The position numbers and the translations under genes were made by a program. The notes below the pieces were generated by a model that saw only the letters and a program-made list of their open reading frames with translations, was not told where the DNA came from and did no database searches. Shown in pieces: positions 47,906-61,844 of a stretch of 64,000 bases of DNA. The DNA comes from Eledone cirrhosa (lineage: Eukaryota): the NCBI GenBank assembly GCA_964016885.1, contig OZ024744.1, positions 89,218,001-89,282,000 on the forward strand, in the 5' to 3' direction. The number at the start of each line of letters is the position of its first letter. Position 1 is the first letter of the stretch.

Positions 47906-48369
47906 GCACGCGCGCGCATATACGTAGTCGCTCATGTACATATATAGAAAGTATACACACATTAAGGCGTTCAGCCACATTGATACTGGGTGTAAAAAAC
48001 TTGTGGATAAGTAAGTACAAATATAAAATTATAAAATTGTAAGATTGGCTGCCCCAAAATAAAAAATAATAAAATAAAGATAAAAAAATATATCTGGAGT
48101 GGAAAACGCAAATGACATGTATAATCAGTTAGTGAAGGAAATAGGGAAGTAAAAAATGGAAAGTGAAGATATTAGGTAAGTGAATCGGAGAATAAAGGGG
48201 GGGGGGGGGGTTTATTGGTGGATGTGAAGTAAAAATAAAAAAATAAAAAAATAAAATTTAAAAAAATAATAAAATAATAATATATAAATAAAAATAAAAA
48301 TAAAAATAAATGAAATTAATGATAAGGATAAAAATGAAAGTAAATCAGAAAGGGTAATTATAAAGAGAA
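47012..48369 (-). repeat. PLE1 3' pseudo-LTR (left arm)
   Basis: Starts ~10 nt after the ORF stop; reverse complement of 49950-51327; contains (CA)23, (TA)n and poly-G. Confidence 0.92.
47039..47114 (-). ncRNA. Type I hammerhead ribozyme motif (PLE1 left arm)
   Basis: ttgcctcgt-CTGACGA-a-cgaatga...tcattcg-g-GAAA-cc(tct)gg-TA-atgaggtaa: 9-bp stem I with 2 GU pairs, 7+-bp stem II, short stem III, GUA site. Confidence 0.85.
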
Positions 48370-48379
48370 TAATAAGAGT

Positions 48380-49804
48380 TTATGGAGGATAAGTATCTGA
48401 AAGTGTGTTAAGTTTATATGAGCTGGAAAGCAGGTGTGATTTCATGTGTGGGCAACTGGTGAAAATTTCCGTCTTTGTGTTCAGGCAGGTCTTTGATGAT
48501 TTTAGATTTTGCAATATCCAATATTTTTCATTTATACAGAGCGTGCATTTTCTTGTTCCTCTAGCATATTCTTTAGATTGGTTCAAAATTGACCAATCTA
48601 ATTTATATTGGATGCCTTGGTCTTTCAAATCCCAAATTCTGCTAGCCAGAGCTGTTGTAAATCTTTTTTCTGGATGTCGAAAGGATGCGACATGTGAGTA
48701 AAAACGCGTTTTGAATTTGTCTTGCGTCATACCCATATATCGTTCACTGGTGGCTGGATGGTTGTTGCTGATGGTTGTCACTTTAGCCCCATATACAATG
48801 GCTTTGGTGTTGCATTTACCTTGTAATGGGCATTCACTTTTGATTCTACAGGAGCAAGTTTGATTTTCTCTAGGTGATATTTTGTTGATGATATAGGACT
48901 TAATAGGGGGACCGCAGGAATAGCTAATTTTGACACAGTTTCTGTTAAAGATCTTATAGTATCTATGTGTTCTAGGGAAATGTTTATCTAGGAGCTCTAG
49001 GAATCTTTTGCCTACATTAGTTTTAACTGCTAGAGAGTAGGGGTGTGTGAACCAGATTATTTTTCTTTTCCTGTTTTTATGTTTAATAGAGTTAGTATAG
49101 TTGGGTATGTATTTAATCGGTTCGCTAAAACCGCTATTTTGGAGGGCTTTATTATAGTAGGGGGATGCCTTATTAAAAATAGCTTCTGAGGAAGAGAGGG
49201 TGGAGATCCTACGGCTAATATTAGGGATAAGGTTTTTAAAAACTATAGGTGGATGGCAAGAGCCTTTATTTATATATTTTAAGTTTTCATTAGGTTTATG
49301 GTATGGTTTATAAGAAGCAGTAGGCAAATCTAGGTTTATATCTAGGAAATCTACATTGGAAAGGTTAGTATCAATAGTAATTTGAAGATTAAAACTAGCG
49401 AAGGTTTTTATTAAGTCTTTCCTTAATCTATCTAAGTTATGGCCTATGGTGGTATGGGAAAGTATTAGACCATCGTCGCGATAAAGCCCAAAAATATGGT
49501 TAGGAAATTTTTCTTTAAGTGTATGTAGGAGGAATAGGCCGACCAGATCACAAACATCAGCACTGTCGTAAGAGCCCATTGAGACATCGAATGGGTTCTG
49601 TGGGTTAGATATTTTTACCCAAGTGTCATTATCATTAAAGAGTAGAGTGTTTCTAGCGTGCAAGATGACATTCTCTTCAATATCGGAGATGTTAGTAAAC
49701 CCTCTAGCGAAATTTAAAGCTTTCGCTAAAAGGGTCTGAGTGATAGATGGGTAGAAATCTACAATGTCAAATTGGGTGAATCTAGAACTATTTTGAAATA
49801 TCAT
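48380..49804 (-). CDS. PLE reverse transcriptase + GIY-YIG endonuclease, N-terminally incomplete (474 aa open)
   Basis: Motifs QFDIVDFYPSI, SMGSYDSADVCDLVG, GLYRDDGL, FLD, RKRKIIWF, CSCRIKSECPLQGKC, VYGAKV..YMGMT..FKTRF, KCTLC, LNTKTEIFTSCPH. Confidence 0.92.
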   Translation of the reverse strand: MIFQNSSRFTQFDIVDFYPSITQTLLAKALNFARGFTNISDIEENVILHARNTLLFNDNDTWVKISNPQNPFDVSMGSYDSADVCDLVGLFLLHTLKEKFPNHIFGLYRDDGLILSHTTIGHNLDRLRKDLIKTFASFNLQITIDTNLSNVDFLDINLDLPTASYKPYHKPNENLKYINKGSCHPPIVFKNLIPNISRRISTLSSSEAIFNKASPYYNKALQNSGFSEPIKYIPNYTNSIKHKNRKRKIIWFTHPYSLAVKTNVGKRFLELLDKHFPRTHRYYKIFNRNCVKISYSCGPPIKSYIINKISPRENQTCSCRIKSECPLQGKCNTKAIVYGAKVTTISNNHPATSERYMGMTQDKFKTRFYSHVASFRHPEKRFTTALASRIWDLKDQGIQYKLDWSILNQSKEYARGTRKCTLCINEKYWILQNLKSSKTCLNTKTEIFTSCPHMKSHLLSSSYKLNTLSDTYPP

Positions 49805-49949
49805 TAGATAATTTAGATTGAAAAGGGTTAGAGTACTTACGAAAATTGATATTGTTGATTAGTTTAACTAGGTCTAATTCAATATAGTTAACTAGGTCTA
49901 ATTCAATAATATTAAAACAAAAATAGTTCTAGATTCACCCAATTTGACA

Positions 49950-51327
<1,378 letters not shown>

Positions 51328-51402
51328 AATTTTGCTCTGATACTTACATAGAGCACTCTTCACTTCTATCACCTTTTCTGTTTTCAACGGAAACTTCAAT
51401 AC

Positions 51403-51527
<125 letters not shown>

Positions 51528-51646
51528 CATATACCGAGAGATAATATAGATGCAGATATGTAGATACATACAAACTCACACACATACATTTCTAATTCTT
51601 AAATATCACGTGCAGCGCCGCACAAACACACATGCACAATTTCTGT

Positions 51647-51681
<35 letters not shown>

Positions 51682-51765
51682 GGGGGGGGGGGTGTATTTA
51701 TACCCCCCCCCCCCTCTATATATATATATAGGTCATATAATATGATATATTAATATATATTATAT

Positions 51766-51950
51766 CAGTATCGGTAGAGGGTCGGACGCCATGCTTTCCA
51801 GGATAGTTACGTCCCTTTACGATCTTAGTTCAAATCCCGCCGAGGTTGACTTTGCCTTTCATCCTTACGGGGTCGATAAAATAAAGTACCAGTAATGCAC
51901 CGGGTTTTTGCTGGCCTTGTGCCTAAAGTAGAAACAATTATATTATATTA
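51766..51950 (+). mobile_element. tRNA-derived SINE, nearly full length
   Basis: Partial A box CAGTATCGG, B box AGTTCAAATCC, same core and tail as the other copies. Confidence 0.88.
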
Positions 51951-51960
51951 TATCATTTGA

Positions 51961-52149
51961 AGGGCGGTGGATTGGCAGTATCGGTAGAGGGTCGAACACC
52001 ATGCTTTGACGCATAGAGTTACGGCCCTTGCCATTCTGAGTTCAAATCCCGCCGTGGTTAACTTTGCCTTTCATTCTTACCGGGTCCATAAAATAAAGTA
52101 CCAGTAATACACTGAGTAATTGCTGGCCTTGTGCCAAATGTAGAAACAG
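51961..52149 (+). mobile_element. tRNA-derived SINE, full length, with a 13-bp flanking direct repeat
   Basis: GGCGGTGGATTGGCAGTATCGG (A box), GAGTTCAAATCC (B box); TTATATCATTTGA at 51948-51960 and 52150-52162. Confidence 0.9.
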
Positions 52150-52300
52150 TTATATCATTTGACATATGTTGTTTCACACACACTGTGTGTCTCTTTCATC
52201 AAACAGATATTTTTTTCTCATTTTACATCACAGGCACACACTCACAGACACACACACAGAAACACACACACACAGACACACACACACATATAAATATATA

Positions 52301-52387
<87 letters not shown>

Positions 52388-52570
52388 ATATATATTTATA
52401 TATATATATTCACATGTACACATATAGATACATATTCATATGTGTGTTTCGTGTTTTGTGTATCTGAGTTAGTGTACGTGTCTCCATGAGTGTGCATACG
52501 TGTGTGTGTGTGTTTGTGTATGATCAACAGAGCTGTCTACTCCCGAAATTAACTTACAAACATACATACA

Positions 52571-53062
52571 TGATGGCTGCCCCCTTGTTATCGAGTATGG
52601 CCATTGCACGATATAACATTAATAATTATTAACCTCGACGGGGTATGAGTTCAAATCCCGTCGAGGTTAACTTTGCCTTTCATCCTTACGGGGTCGATAA
52701 AATAAAGTACCAGTAATGTACTGGGTATTTTCTGGCCTTGTGCCAAAAGTAGAAACAATTAATAATTCTTAATTAATTCTATCGTGCAATGCCTGTGCGT
52801 GAAGATATTTTTTAAAGTGAGCAAAGACTGTGCACTGAGCCAATCCCATTCTCTGAGAGACAGTAGCTATAACCCGAAAAGAAGAAAAGATCAACATCAT
52901 CGGTAACTACTGAGCTGCAGGTTTTATATCGGAGTTATCCCAGTTTCCTGAGTTGCCTTCTCCTAGAAGAATGCCCTGAGAAAGGCTAGGGGTCCTTCAC
53001 TCCCAGTGGTTTAACAGCACGATCGGGTATCCAGCCCGACTATTTCTATGTCCCCGCGCATA
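52571..53062. mobile_element. RTE-like non-coding repeat fragment (probably minus strand) with nested SINE
   Basis: Duplicated at 15860-16137. GTTGCCTTCTCCTAGA...AAGGCTAG resembles the antisense of RTE/BovB-type 5' UTRs (from memory, needs a search). Confidence 0.55.
52645..52765 (+). mobile_element. tRNA-derived SINE, 5'-truncated at the B box
   Basis: GAGTTCAAATCCCG...CTTTGCCTTTCATCCTTACGGGGTCGATAAAATAAAGTACCAGT...CTGGCCTTGTGCCAAAAGTAGAAACAATT. Confidence 0.87.
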
Positions 53063-53159
53063 TACATACACATGCACCCATGTATATACACATATACATA
53101 TGTACATGTGTATATACACACTTTCGAGTGGCCGTTGACTCTTATGAGTTCTTCCGCCC

Positions 53160-53487
53160 TTTATACATACATATATACAAACATACATACATACAAACAT
53201 ACATACATACATATATACGTGCATACATATATATACGTAAATATATACATACGTATGTACATACATATATATAGATATATACATATGTACATACATACAT
53301 ATATAGATACATACATATGTACATGCATACATGCGTACATACATACATACAAATATACATACATACATACATATATACATACATATGTACATGCATACAT
53401 GCGTACATGCATACATGCATACATACATACATACATACATACATACATACATACATACATACATACATACATACATACATACATACA

Positions 53488-53517
<30 letters not shown>
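53160..53517. repeat. (CATA)n microsatellite, degenerate then pure
   Basis: Seen directly. Confidence 0.95.
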
Positions 53518-53519
<2 letters not shown>

Positions 53520-54596
53520 ATTTTTCCGTCATTTTTCCTCCCGATTATATTTTTTTTATATTTTTCTTTTCATATTTTTTTATTTTTATATTTTTATTAT
53601 ATTATACTTATTTTTATTATATATATATTTTTTATTATATTATATATATTTTTATTTTAACATATTATACAATAGCCCCGCCCAATGGACTCCCAATTTG
53701 AATACCTAACAATACTTATTCAAATAATAGTTTCTCCCTCATTACCTCCCTTCCCATAACAAAGAATGAAAGAAAGAACTAAAAGAAAACCTCTTTATAT
53801 TTGTATTATCCGCCAAAATACTGTTATCCACCCGCCTCATATGAAAAACATATCATAAATAAATATTGGGTTTTCTTTATTTTTCTCAAATAATAATAAG
53901 CTAAAGAAGCAAAGGAAAGGAAAGGGAAAAAGACGTCTCCCTCTACTTCCTCCTCCACCTCCTCATTATCCTCCCCCTACTCCTCCTCTCCATTCTCCTC
54001 ACGCACCTCATCTCCATTCTCCTCATCCCGATCCTCTTTATCGGCCTCCTCTCCATCCACGTCTTCCTCCCTCCTCTCCCACCTACTACTCTCCCTCCCT
54101 CCCCCCACTATCCCTCCTCGGCGGCTTCCCCCATCACCCCCTCCACCCCAGCCCCTGGTGCTTCATTATAACTCTTTTATTTCATCATCAGCTCCTCCTA
54201 CTGCTTCCTCTCATCATTTCAATTTAGGGTTGCTTCCCTTACTTTTAACCACGCTGCTGTCAATGATAATTCTTTTTTCCCAGGCGTTTAAATCGTCATT
54301 TTACTACAATAAAACAAAACACAACTGATTATTGTCATGCGCCAGCGTGTGTATTTGTGTGTGTGTGTGTGTGTCTGTGTGTGCGTGCTTGTGTGTGCTC
54401 GCGCGTGTGGGTGTGTGTGTGTGTGTACGTGCGCGCACGTGTGTGTGTGTGTGAGTCTGCGTGTGTGTCTGTGTGTCTCCGTGTAACTGAGTGAAACAGT
54501 ATACTGTCATGTATAATGTTAGTGGGTGTGTATTTACGTACACACACACACACTTATATACATACATATAAACATATATATATATATATATACATA

Positions 54597-54696
<100 letters not shown>

Positions 54697-54777
54697 CTTA
54701 AGAATTTCCGTAGAAAAGGTAAAGGAAAGAAGAGTGCTCTATCTATTGTACAGAGCTACTTAATTACGTAGTATAAT

Positions 54778-54841
54778 TATTCCATTACCAAAGGTTTCAG
54801 GAAACTAGACGATCTTAACAGGACGTTCATCAGATGAAATA
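54778..54841 (-). ncRNA. Type I hammerhead motif, left arm of a ~105-bp inverted repeat (54778-54884 / 54978-55085)
   Basis: tatttcat-CTGATGA-acgtcc...tttcct-GAAA-cc(ttt)gg-TA-atggaata; stems I and III good, stem II poorly paired. Confidence 0.7.
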
Positions 54842-54879
54842 TATTTATGTTATGGATATGAGTTATAAGTTTTGAAATT

Positions 54880-54917
<38 letters not shown>

Positions 54918-55010
54918 TCTGTGTGTACATGTATTTTTTCCGTTATTTTAATTCAACCTCACTTTCATTTTTACTAAATGTTAATTTCAAAACTTATATC
55001 CATAACATAA

Positions 55011-55080
55011 ATATTTCGTCTGATGAACGTCCTGGACGTTTCTGTTAAGATCGTCTAATTTGCTGAAACCTTTGGTAATG

Positions 55081-55086
<6 letters not shown>
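55011..55086 (+). ncRNA. Type I hammerhead motif, right arm of the same inverted repeat
   Basis: atatttcgt-CTGATGA-...-GAAA-cc(ttt)gg-TA-atggaatat; 9-bp stem I; stem II degenerate. Confidence 0.7.
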
Positions 55087-55145
<59 letters not shown>

Positions 55146-55185
55146 TACTAATATTAATAAAATAGATGTTCGTTTTATCAATTAC

Positions 55186-55238
55186 ATTTTATTATACATA
55201 TTTCAGATGTTCAACAGTGCGTCCTCATCAGACAAAAT
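55186..55238 (-). ncRNA. Minimal type I hammerhead motif (PLE2 left arm)
   Basis: attttgt-CTGATGA-ggacgc..acatct-GAA-ATATGTAT-A-ataaaat; near-palindromic stem III as in dimer-forming PLE HHRs. Confidence 0.68.
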
Positions 55239-55826
55239 ATAATGATACATGACATACCCTGAGATGTTAAATGATTAAGATTTAATCAAGGTAGTGATTA
55301 ACCTAAGAGAAAGTTTAACATTTATACCCTAATAATGAGAAAATGCGAAAACGTAATAAATTCAATAGAAAAACGTTGCTTAATGTAACAGTTATAGAGA
55401 TTTTAAAATGTATGATACTACAATTTATCAGGGAAAGCGGGGTCAATGAGAGCTGCTGAGATAATATATATATAGAGAGAGAGGGAATATATGTAGAAGG
55501 AGATTTTCCGAAAGTTAAACGGTTAAGTTTGAAAATATTTAATTTATGCTATTTTAGGGTGAAGAATCAAGATTTTAGGTTCTTTTAAAAAAAAATTGCA
55601 GGTTATTTATTAGTTTTGTAAATTCAATAAGTGTTTTAACATTTCTAAACTTCGGAATTTTATGAGGATAACTTTTAAAGGATTTAGCTGGCCAGCGGGA
55701 AATAAAGTTTACACTGTCGAATATTTTTCTAAATGTAAACTTTACCGCAGATATTGATTGTCAACATATATGGTATGTAAATCTTATGAAGTATTTATTG
55801 TTAGAAATATTTAAATAACTATTATG

Positions 55827-55897
<71 letters not shown>

Positions 55898-56870
55898 TAT
55901 ATCATGTCTTTAGAATTATTAAATAAAATATATACCATTTCCTCTCCCAATTATGTATATGTAAACCTTTATATATATATATATATGAGCCTGTATATTT
56001 TAGGTAAATAAGATAATAGATTTAGGCATGCTAAAGTTAAATATATACGTATATATAAAAGGGTGTAAATGCATTGATTAATCACAGTTCAAAATAAATG
56101 ATAATCAATAAATTTAACTAAAAATTATGTATAGAATGATACATGGAGGTTTATATGGATATAAATGAGCTATTATTGATATAAATTAGGTATTATTGAT
56201 ACAGTATACTTTAGGTAAATGATAACGGTTATAATTTTATATAATAAGGTTCCAAACGTGCTATAGTTAAATATATATATATAAAAAAAGCAAGGAAAAT
56301 TTACACTGTTGAATATTTTCCTAAATGTAAACTTTACCGAAGATAATCAATTGTCAACTTATAGTATGTAAATCTTATGAAGTACTTATTGTTAGAAATA
56401 TTTAATTAACGATTATGTATATAGATATTTATTAATGAGTCAGTATATTTTAGGTAAATGATAACGAAAAAAATATAATAGATTGAGGCATGCGAAGTTA
56501 AATATATACCAATATAACAGGGTGTAAATGCATTAATTATTCATAGTTCGGAATAAATAATAATCAAAAACACATGAAAATTTCACAGTTAGAAATAAGT
56601 TCCATAAAAATGTATGGGTTGGATATTAAACTAAAATTTACACCTTAGATAGGAAGATAAAGATAGAGAAATAAAGAAATAATGGTATGGATCAAAGTTA
56701 ATAATTATAATATTATATTATGTATATCAATGTTCCGGCATGTGTTTAACAAGTGTTTTTCATTCAAGCGTTATTTCTTCTATAGATAGATTATAAGATA
56801 ATGCAATATTAAAGGCCATTAATGTTTTTCCCTGTTGATTATATACGTCTGACAACCAAGTTTTTAATGG

Positions 56871-57490
56871 TTAAGTGTTTCTCTCTCTTTTTTTTCTCGT
56901 TTTGTGGGAGGCTAAGAATGTGGACGTAGCTTTGTGGAGGCAACTAGAGAATAATTCACTTTTTTTGTTAATTAGGGTCTCATAGTTATTAATAATCAAC
57001 AGGGTCTCCATTGTACAGAGCGCGCAGTTATTTGATATACTGGAGTTGCGGTAAACTCCACAGTTCCGAAGTTTAGTCCAAAGAATGGAGTATTTTAATG
57101 ACCATATGAGCTGTGATAAAGACGTGGATGATTTCCTCTTGGAGTTCGAGAATGAGCATTTATGGTTCGCAAATCTGGCTTTAAATTTAGAAGACGTCAA
57201 TCCTATGTAGTTGTATGTGTTGTGGTCAGTTTTTACGGTGCATTTATAAACCAAGTTACTATCTAGACAATTATTTTGCAAAGGGCAATCAGTTTTATTT
57301 CTACAATTACATTTTGGTTTAGTATCATTTATGTTAACTCTATTATTAATATCATTATGCTGGTTTTGTTTTAGGATTTTAGTGTTTAATTTGGCAATGT
57401 TTTGGGCCATGTTCATCGTTGTCGAATATGAGAATTTAATGGTATGTCTATTAAAAATGGAATGGTATTTATGTTGAGTAGGGAAAGATA
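56871..57490 (-). pseudogene. PLE linker + GIY-YIG endonuclease fragment (different family from PLE1)
   Basis: FPTQHKYHSIFNRHTIKFSYS, CNCRNKTDCPLQNNC, VYKCTV..YIGLT..FKARF, NCALC, LINKKSELFSSCLH; colinear with the PLE1 C-terminus. Confidence 0.9.
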
Positions 57491-57832
57491 TAAACTGCAA
57501 TTTAAAAAAAAAAACCTAAAATCTTGATTCTTCACCCTAAAATAGCATAAATTAAATATTTTCAAACTTAACCGTTTAACTTTCGGAAAATCTCCTTCTA
57601 CATATATTCCCTCTCTCTATGTATATTATCTCAGCGGCTCTCATTGACCCCGCTTTCCCTGATAAATTGTAGTATCATACATTTTAAAATCTCTATAACT
57701 GTTACATTAAGCAACGTTTTTCTATTGAATTTATTACGTTTTCGCATTTTCTCATTATTAGGGTATAAATGTTAAACTTTCTCTTAGGTTAATCACTACC
57801 TTGATTAAATCTTAATCATTTAACATCATTAT

Positions 57833-57885
57833 ATTTTGTCTGTTGAGGACGTACTGTTGAACATCTGAAATATGTATAATAAAAT
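57833..57885 (+). ncRNA. Minimal hammerhead motif, mutated core CTGTTGA (PLE2 right arm)
   Basis: Same as the left copy but with A6 changed to U in the CUGANGA box; predicted inactive. Confidence 0.58.
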
Positions 57886-58082
57886 GTAATTGATAAAAAG
57901 AACATCTATTTTATTAATATTTGTATTTTAATATTAATAATTCTGGAAAATTATTTTTCCATAGAGTGCTTCCAAATCTACTGTAAAACTCATTCTTTGA
58001 TATACTCATTGAATATTGTTTAACTCTTTAATATATATATATATATATTGAAAATTGCAAACTTAACTGCCACCACTGAATA

Positions 58083-58121
58083 TGAACCTGAAGATCGCGA
58101 AAGCATGAAAGTACTTGTTCA
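58083..58121 (+). ncRNA. Solo minimal type I hammerhead motif (39 nt)
   Basis: tgaac-CTGAAGA-tc-gc(gaaa)gc-at-GAA-AGTACT-T-gttca: perfect 5-bp stem I, palindromic stem III, weak stem II. Confidence 0.65.
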
Positions 58122-58410
58122 ATTAACACTTAACATTTAATATTCTACCATACTATTTCATTATAATATCATTATCATTTTAAAGGATTGTAAATAAAAC
58201 GAGTGAATCAGACAAAGTTGGAATTCCTTTTATTAATATAATCTATACACAATCATAACACCCGTGTATATTTATTTATATATATATATCTATATATTTA
58301 TATATATGTATATATATATATATAATATATGTAAAAGGTAAACAGAAATAACAACACAATCGTTACAGTATATGGAAAGAATATATGTGTGTGTGTGTAT
58401 ATACATATAT

Positions 58411-58610
58411 AGCAGTATAGATAGAGCGTGAGACACCATGGTTTGCAGCACAGAGTTCAAATCTCGCTGAGGTTAATTTTATCTTTCATCATTACAGGGT
58501 CGATAAAATAAAGTACCAGTAATGCACTGGGGTGGATTTAGTTGAACTTCTCCTCCCCTTCAAATTGCTGGCCTTGTACCAAAGAAAGAAACAATTTTTA
58601 TTATTATTAT
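58411..58610 (+). mobile_element. tRNA-derived SINE, more diverged variant with a longer 3' segment
   Basis: GAGTTCAAATC, GGGTCGATAAAATAAAGTACCAGTAATGCACTGGGG...TTGCTGGCCTTGTACCAAAG..GAAACAATT(ATT)n. Confidence 0.83.
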
Positions 58611-61600
58611 GTCGTATATAGACAGGATCTTCATTAGGAAAATAGATAGAAATATTGTAGGTTGACCAATTTTTAAAACGGTCGCCTATTCAGATCACAT
58701 ATTTGTGATATGTACGGTCGACCTAGATAAAACGCGTAGGTTGGGACCGGGTTACTGGAAGCTGAACATGTCATTTCCGGCACATAAGGCTTACGGGGAC
58801 CGAGTCAACAATTTAGTTAAGCAAAAGTTGACAGGGGGATCATCAATAACAGATGGTGGGGGGGGGGGCTCTTAAAAGAGAGATTACAGTAACTTCGATG
58901 GAGTTCAGCAAAGAACTAGCGTTAGAGAAAAATAGAAAGGAGGAGGAGCTGGTAGCTAAGTGACACGAGGCTATTTGTAGTGGCATTACAACGGACGTGC
59001 TAGCGGCGAGAATGGCATTAGACCATTTCTTCAATGCGAAACACGAAGGTTGCATTGTCAGAGCTAAGGCGGGTGCGCTGAGAAACGAGGGAACCAAAGC
59101 TGTTCGATGGGCCCGCGTGGAAGAGGCACACCGTGCTAATAAAACCACAATTCGATCTTTGGCGGTCCGAGACGGACACGAGATAAGCGATTCCGAGCGG
59201 ATGTGTGAGGCCTTTCGCCAGCACATCTCTCGACGGTCGACGCTGAGCGCTGCGAAAGGCAGATTACTTCAGCCGAAATTCAGGATGCCCTTGTCGGCTG
59301 CATGAGGCACAAGTCACCCGGTTTAGATGGCCTGCCCTACGAGCTTTACGTAAATATGCCAAACTTATTCTCCGATTTCCTCGAAGCGCTCTACTGCAAC
59401 TGGCAGCAGAATGGGAGTATTCCCAGTTCAGTGAGCAGGGGAGTGGTGACGCTGATAAGGAAAGACGAGAACAAGAGAGATACATTGGACAACTTCAGGC
59501 CCATAACTCTGCTCAACACAGAGTTTAAGATTTTGGCCAAGGTGTTACCAAAGAGATTGGCGCTTGTCGTCGAGGATTTGTTTGGGGAGGCGCAAACTTG
59601 TGCAATCCCAGCCAGGTCCATAAACGAGAATCTTAACCTCATGCGATACATCAGAGAGAGGGTAGGGTGTAAACCTGGCTTCGGTGGGGCACTGATCAAT
59701 TTAGATCAATCGAAAGCATTCGATAGGGTCGACCATCGGTATCTGGAGGCTGTCATCAAAGCGGCTGGCTTCGGCCCTGTCTTCAGAAGCTGGATCGCTG
59801 CAATGCACAGCGGCACATACTCGGTCGTCAAGGTTAATGGCCACTTCTCGGAACCATTTCGGCTCTCCCGATCGGTCCGTCAAGGGTGCCGTCTCTCTTC
59901 ACTTCTGTACGTATTGACTCTCGAGCCTTTACTGCGGAAGCTGGAGCTGTTGCAGGGCATCCCGCTCGAATCGGGACGTGGAAAGGCGGTGTCGGCTTAT
60001 GCGGAGGACATCACCGTGATGGTGTCAGACACCTCAGAAATCGAGGTGCTCGGCACCTTATTGGAGGAATATGAAAGGTTGACGGGAGCAAAACTTAACC
60101 CGGAAAAGTCGGTGGGCTTGCAGCTCGACACCTGCCGTCCAACAACGTCGTTGGGCACTGGACGGAGGAACCGGTAAAGTTGCTCGGGGTTTGGTTCGGG
60201 CCAGACCTCCAGATGGATAAGAATTGGGACGAGGTGACGGGCATGATAGCCAGTCTCACCCAGAAATGGGCTGGGAGGAAGCTATCACTGAAAGGTCGGG
60301 CTGAGGTGGCGAACGCGTACATCGCGTCCGTCATCTACTACCACCTGACTGTTGTGCCTTGCCCCCGTTCGCCCTCGCCATCTTGGAGCGCCTCCTCTCC
60401 AAATTCTTGTGGAGAGGTCAGGTTCCGTTGGTGAGGTGGTCCATCTGCTTCCAGCACCCTCTATTGTGGACGGCTGGGCATACTGTGGCTAATGATGCGC
60501 AGACACGCGCTGAGGCTGCGGCATCTACAGATATTCTGCCTAAACGGTGAACAGGTGTGGTCGACGTTTGTAGGGTGGGCCTTTACGCAGCTCGTCTCTT
60601 TGACTGAGCTGCAGTCCTGGGTCAAGAAGAGACCAAGACTGGGTAACTGGTATCTGGAATGTTGCCAGGCGCTGACTGCCCTCTACCAGGCAGGCAATGC
60701 GGAACTTCCATTCTCGAGTTCTATAGAGGATTAGTGGTGGGCAAGTGCGACGACGCACTTGGAGAGGCTCTGGGCGTCGACGAAGTCAAACTAACCACTC
60801 TGTTCCGGATGACTTTCGATCCGGGGACGATGGACAATTTCCAAAAATCCCTCGCTTGGCAGTGCTACCGGGGGGCCCTGCCGGTTCGAGATAAACTCTA
60901 CAGGCACGGAAGTGCTGTCAGGCGGACCTGCCCGAGATGCCCGTAGAGCGATGAAACCGTTCTCACTCACTCGTCCAGTGTCCGTGCATTACTGACGTGT
61001 GGAGTTATGTCGAACAGTTGTTGTCGCGTGTAGAACGGATCCGGCTATCGGCCGAGTCCAAAGTGAAGATCGACCCGCCGCCTTCCTTTGGACAGGAAGG
61101 GCAGGCAATTTTCCTCTGTCTGTTGGCAGTAGCGAAAGAGGTTGTATGGTGGACGAGGTTGAAAGGGCTGAAGACCGGCACTTTTCTCTTCGGCAAATCC
61201 TTCAACTTTTTCATGTTTCACATGGAAAGGAAGGTGAGGGTGGAGAGAGAAGTGCTGCCCCCGGTACATTTTCTGAAATGTGGATGAATGTGGCGAGAAT
61301 GGCCCGTGTCAGTTGGCCTACTCTGGTCATGCGGCTGTAGGTAGGGTAAATTTGAGGAGCATAGGGGGTGCCCTTCCAAGGTGCTCTCGAAGCGCCGGGT
61401 CGTTCAGGATTGGTGGGGTACCTGAGCGAACCCTGGGTGGTCATCCCCCCTATTGGGGAATTTTTTTCTTGTTGTAATTTTCTTGTTACTTTGTTATTGT
61501 GATTCTTATTGTTTACTCGATTTTTCTGTAAAACCCCACTGTCCCAGTCTTTTGTATTGTCCCCTATATGTCAGCCCTTGTGGCCAATAAATGAAATCAT

Positions 61601-61616
61601 TATTATTATTATTATT
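58611..61616 (+). mobile_element. Tx1/L1-clade LINE, 5'-truncated and decayed ORF2 (APE C-terminus, RT, zinc knuckle), 3' UTR and (ATT)n
   Basis: SYIDRIF..SDH..GPGYWKLN (58612-58770), KSPGLDGLP, NFRPITLLN, DQSKAFDRVDH, VRQG, YAED (from YADD), CPRC..ET; stops and frameshifts; AATAAA then (ATT)n at ~61598-61616. Confidence 0.92.
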
Positions 61617-61844
61617 GATATGTTCGGACATCTTTTTTGCTTGCTCCCAGTAAGTCGCTTTATTTGCCTGTCAAAATTATTTATTGTTAAATATTTCTTG
61701 TTGCGTAAGGGATATAAGCCCTTAGACTTTGCCCTGTGAAGGGGAAAGTATAATATTTGGGCCTTTTGGCCTAAATATTTGAACATTTTACTTTTAAAAA
61801 TTATTTGAAAAAAAGAAACAGGGCTGAGCCACACCCCCAGCAAT

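Larger units (their letters stand above)
55140..57932 (-). mobile_element. Penelope-like element 2: 5'-truncated (GIY-YIG only), long 3' region, ~450-bp inverted arms (55140-55605 / 57491-57932)
   Basis: Arms are reverse complements apart from a small indel; left end abuts (TA)n; internal direct duplications (~55706-55830/56298-56422 and ~55986-56110/56436-56565). Confidence 0.88.

Noticed and set aside
51961-52060. tRNA gene
   Set aside because: A and B boxes are present but there is no cloverleaf, and it continues into a SINE core and tail found five times.
53930-54160. (CCT)-rich tract as an acidic coding exon on the minus strand
   Set aside because: Low-complexity pyrimidine tract with no sustained ORF or clear splice context.
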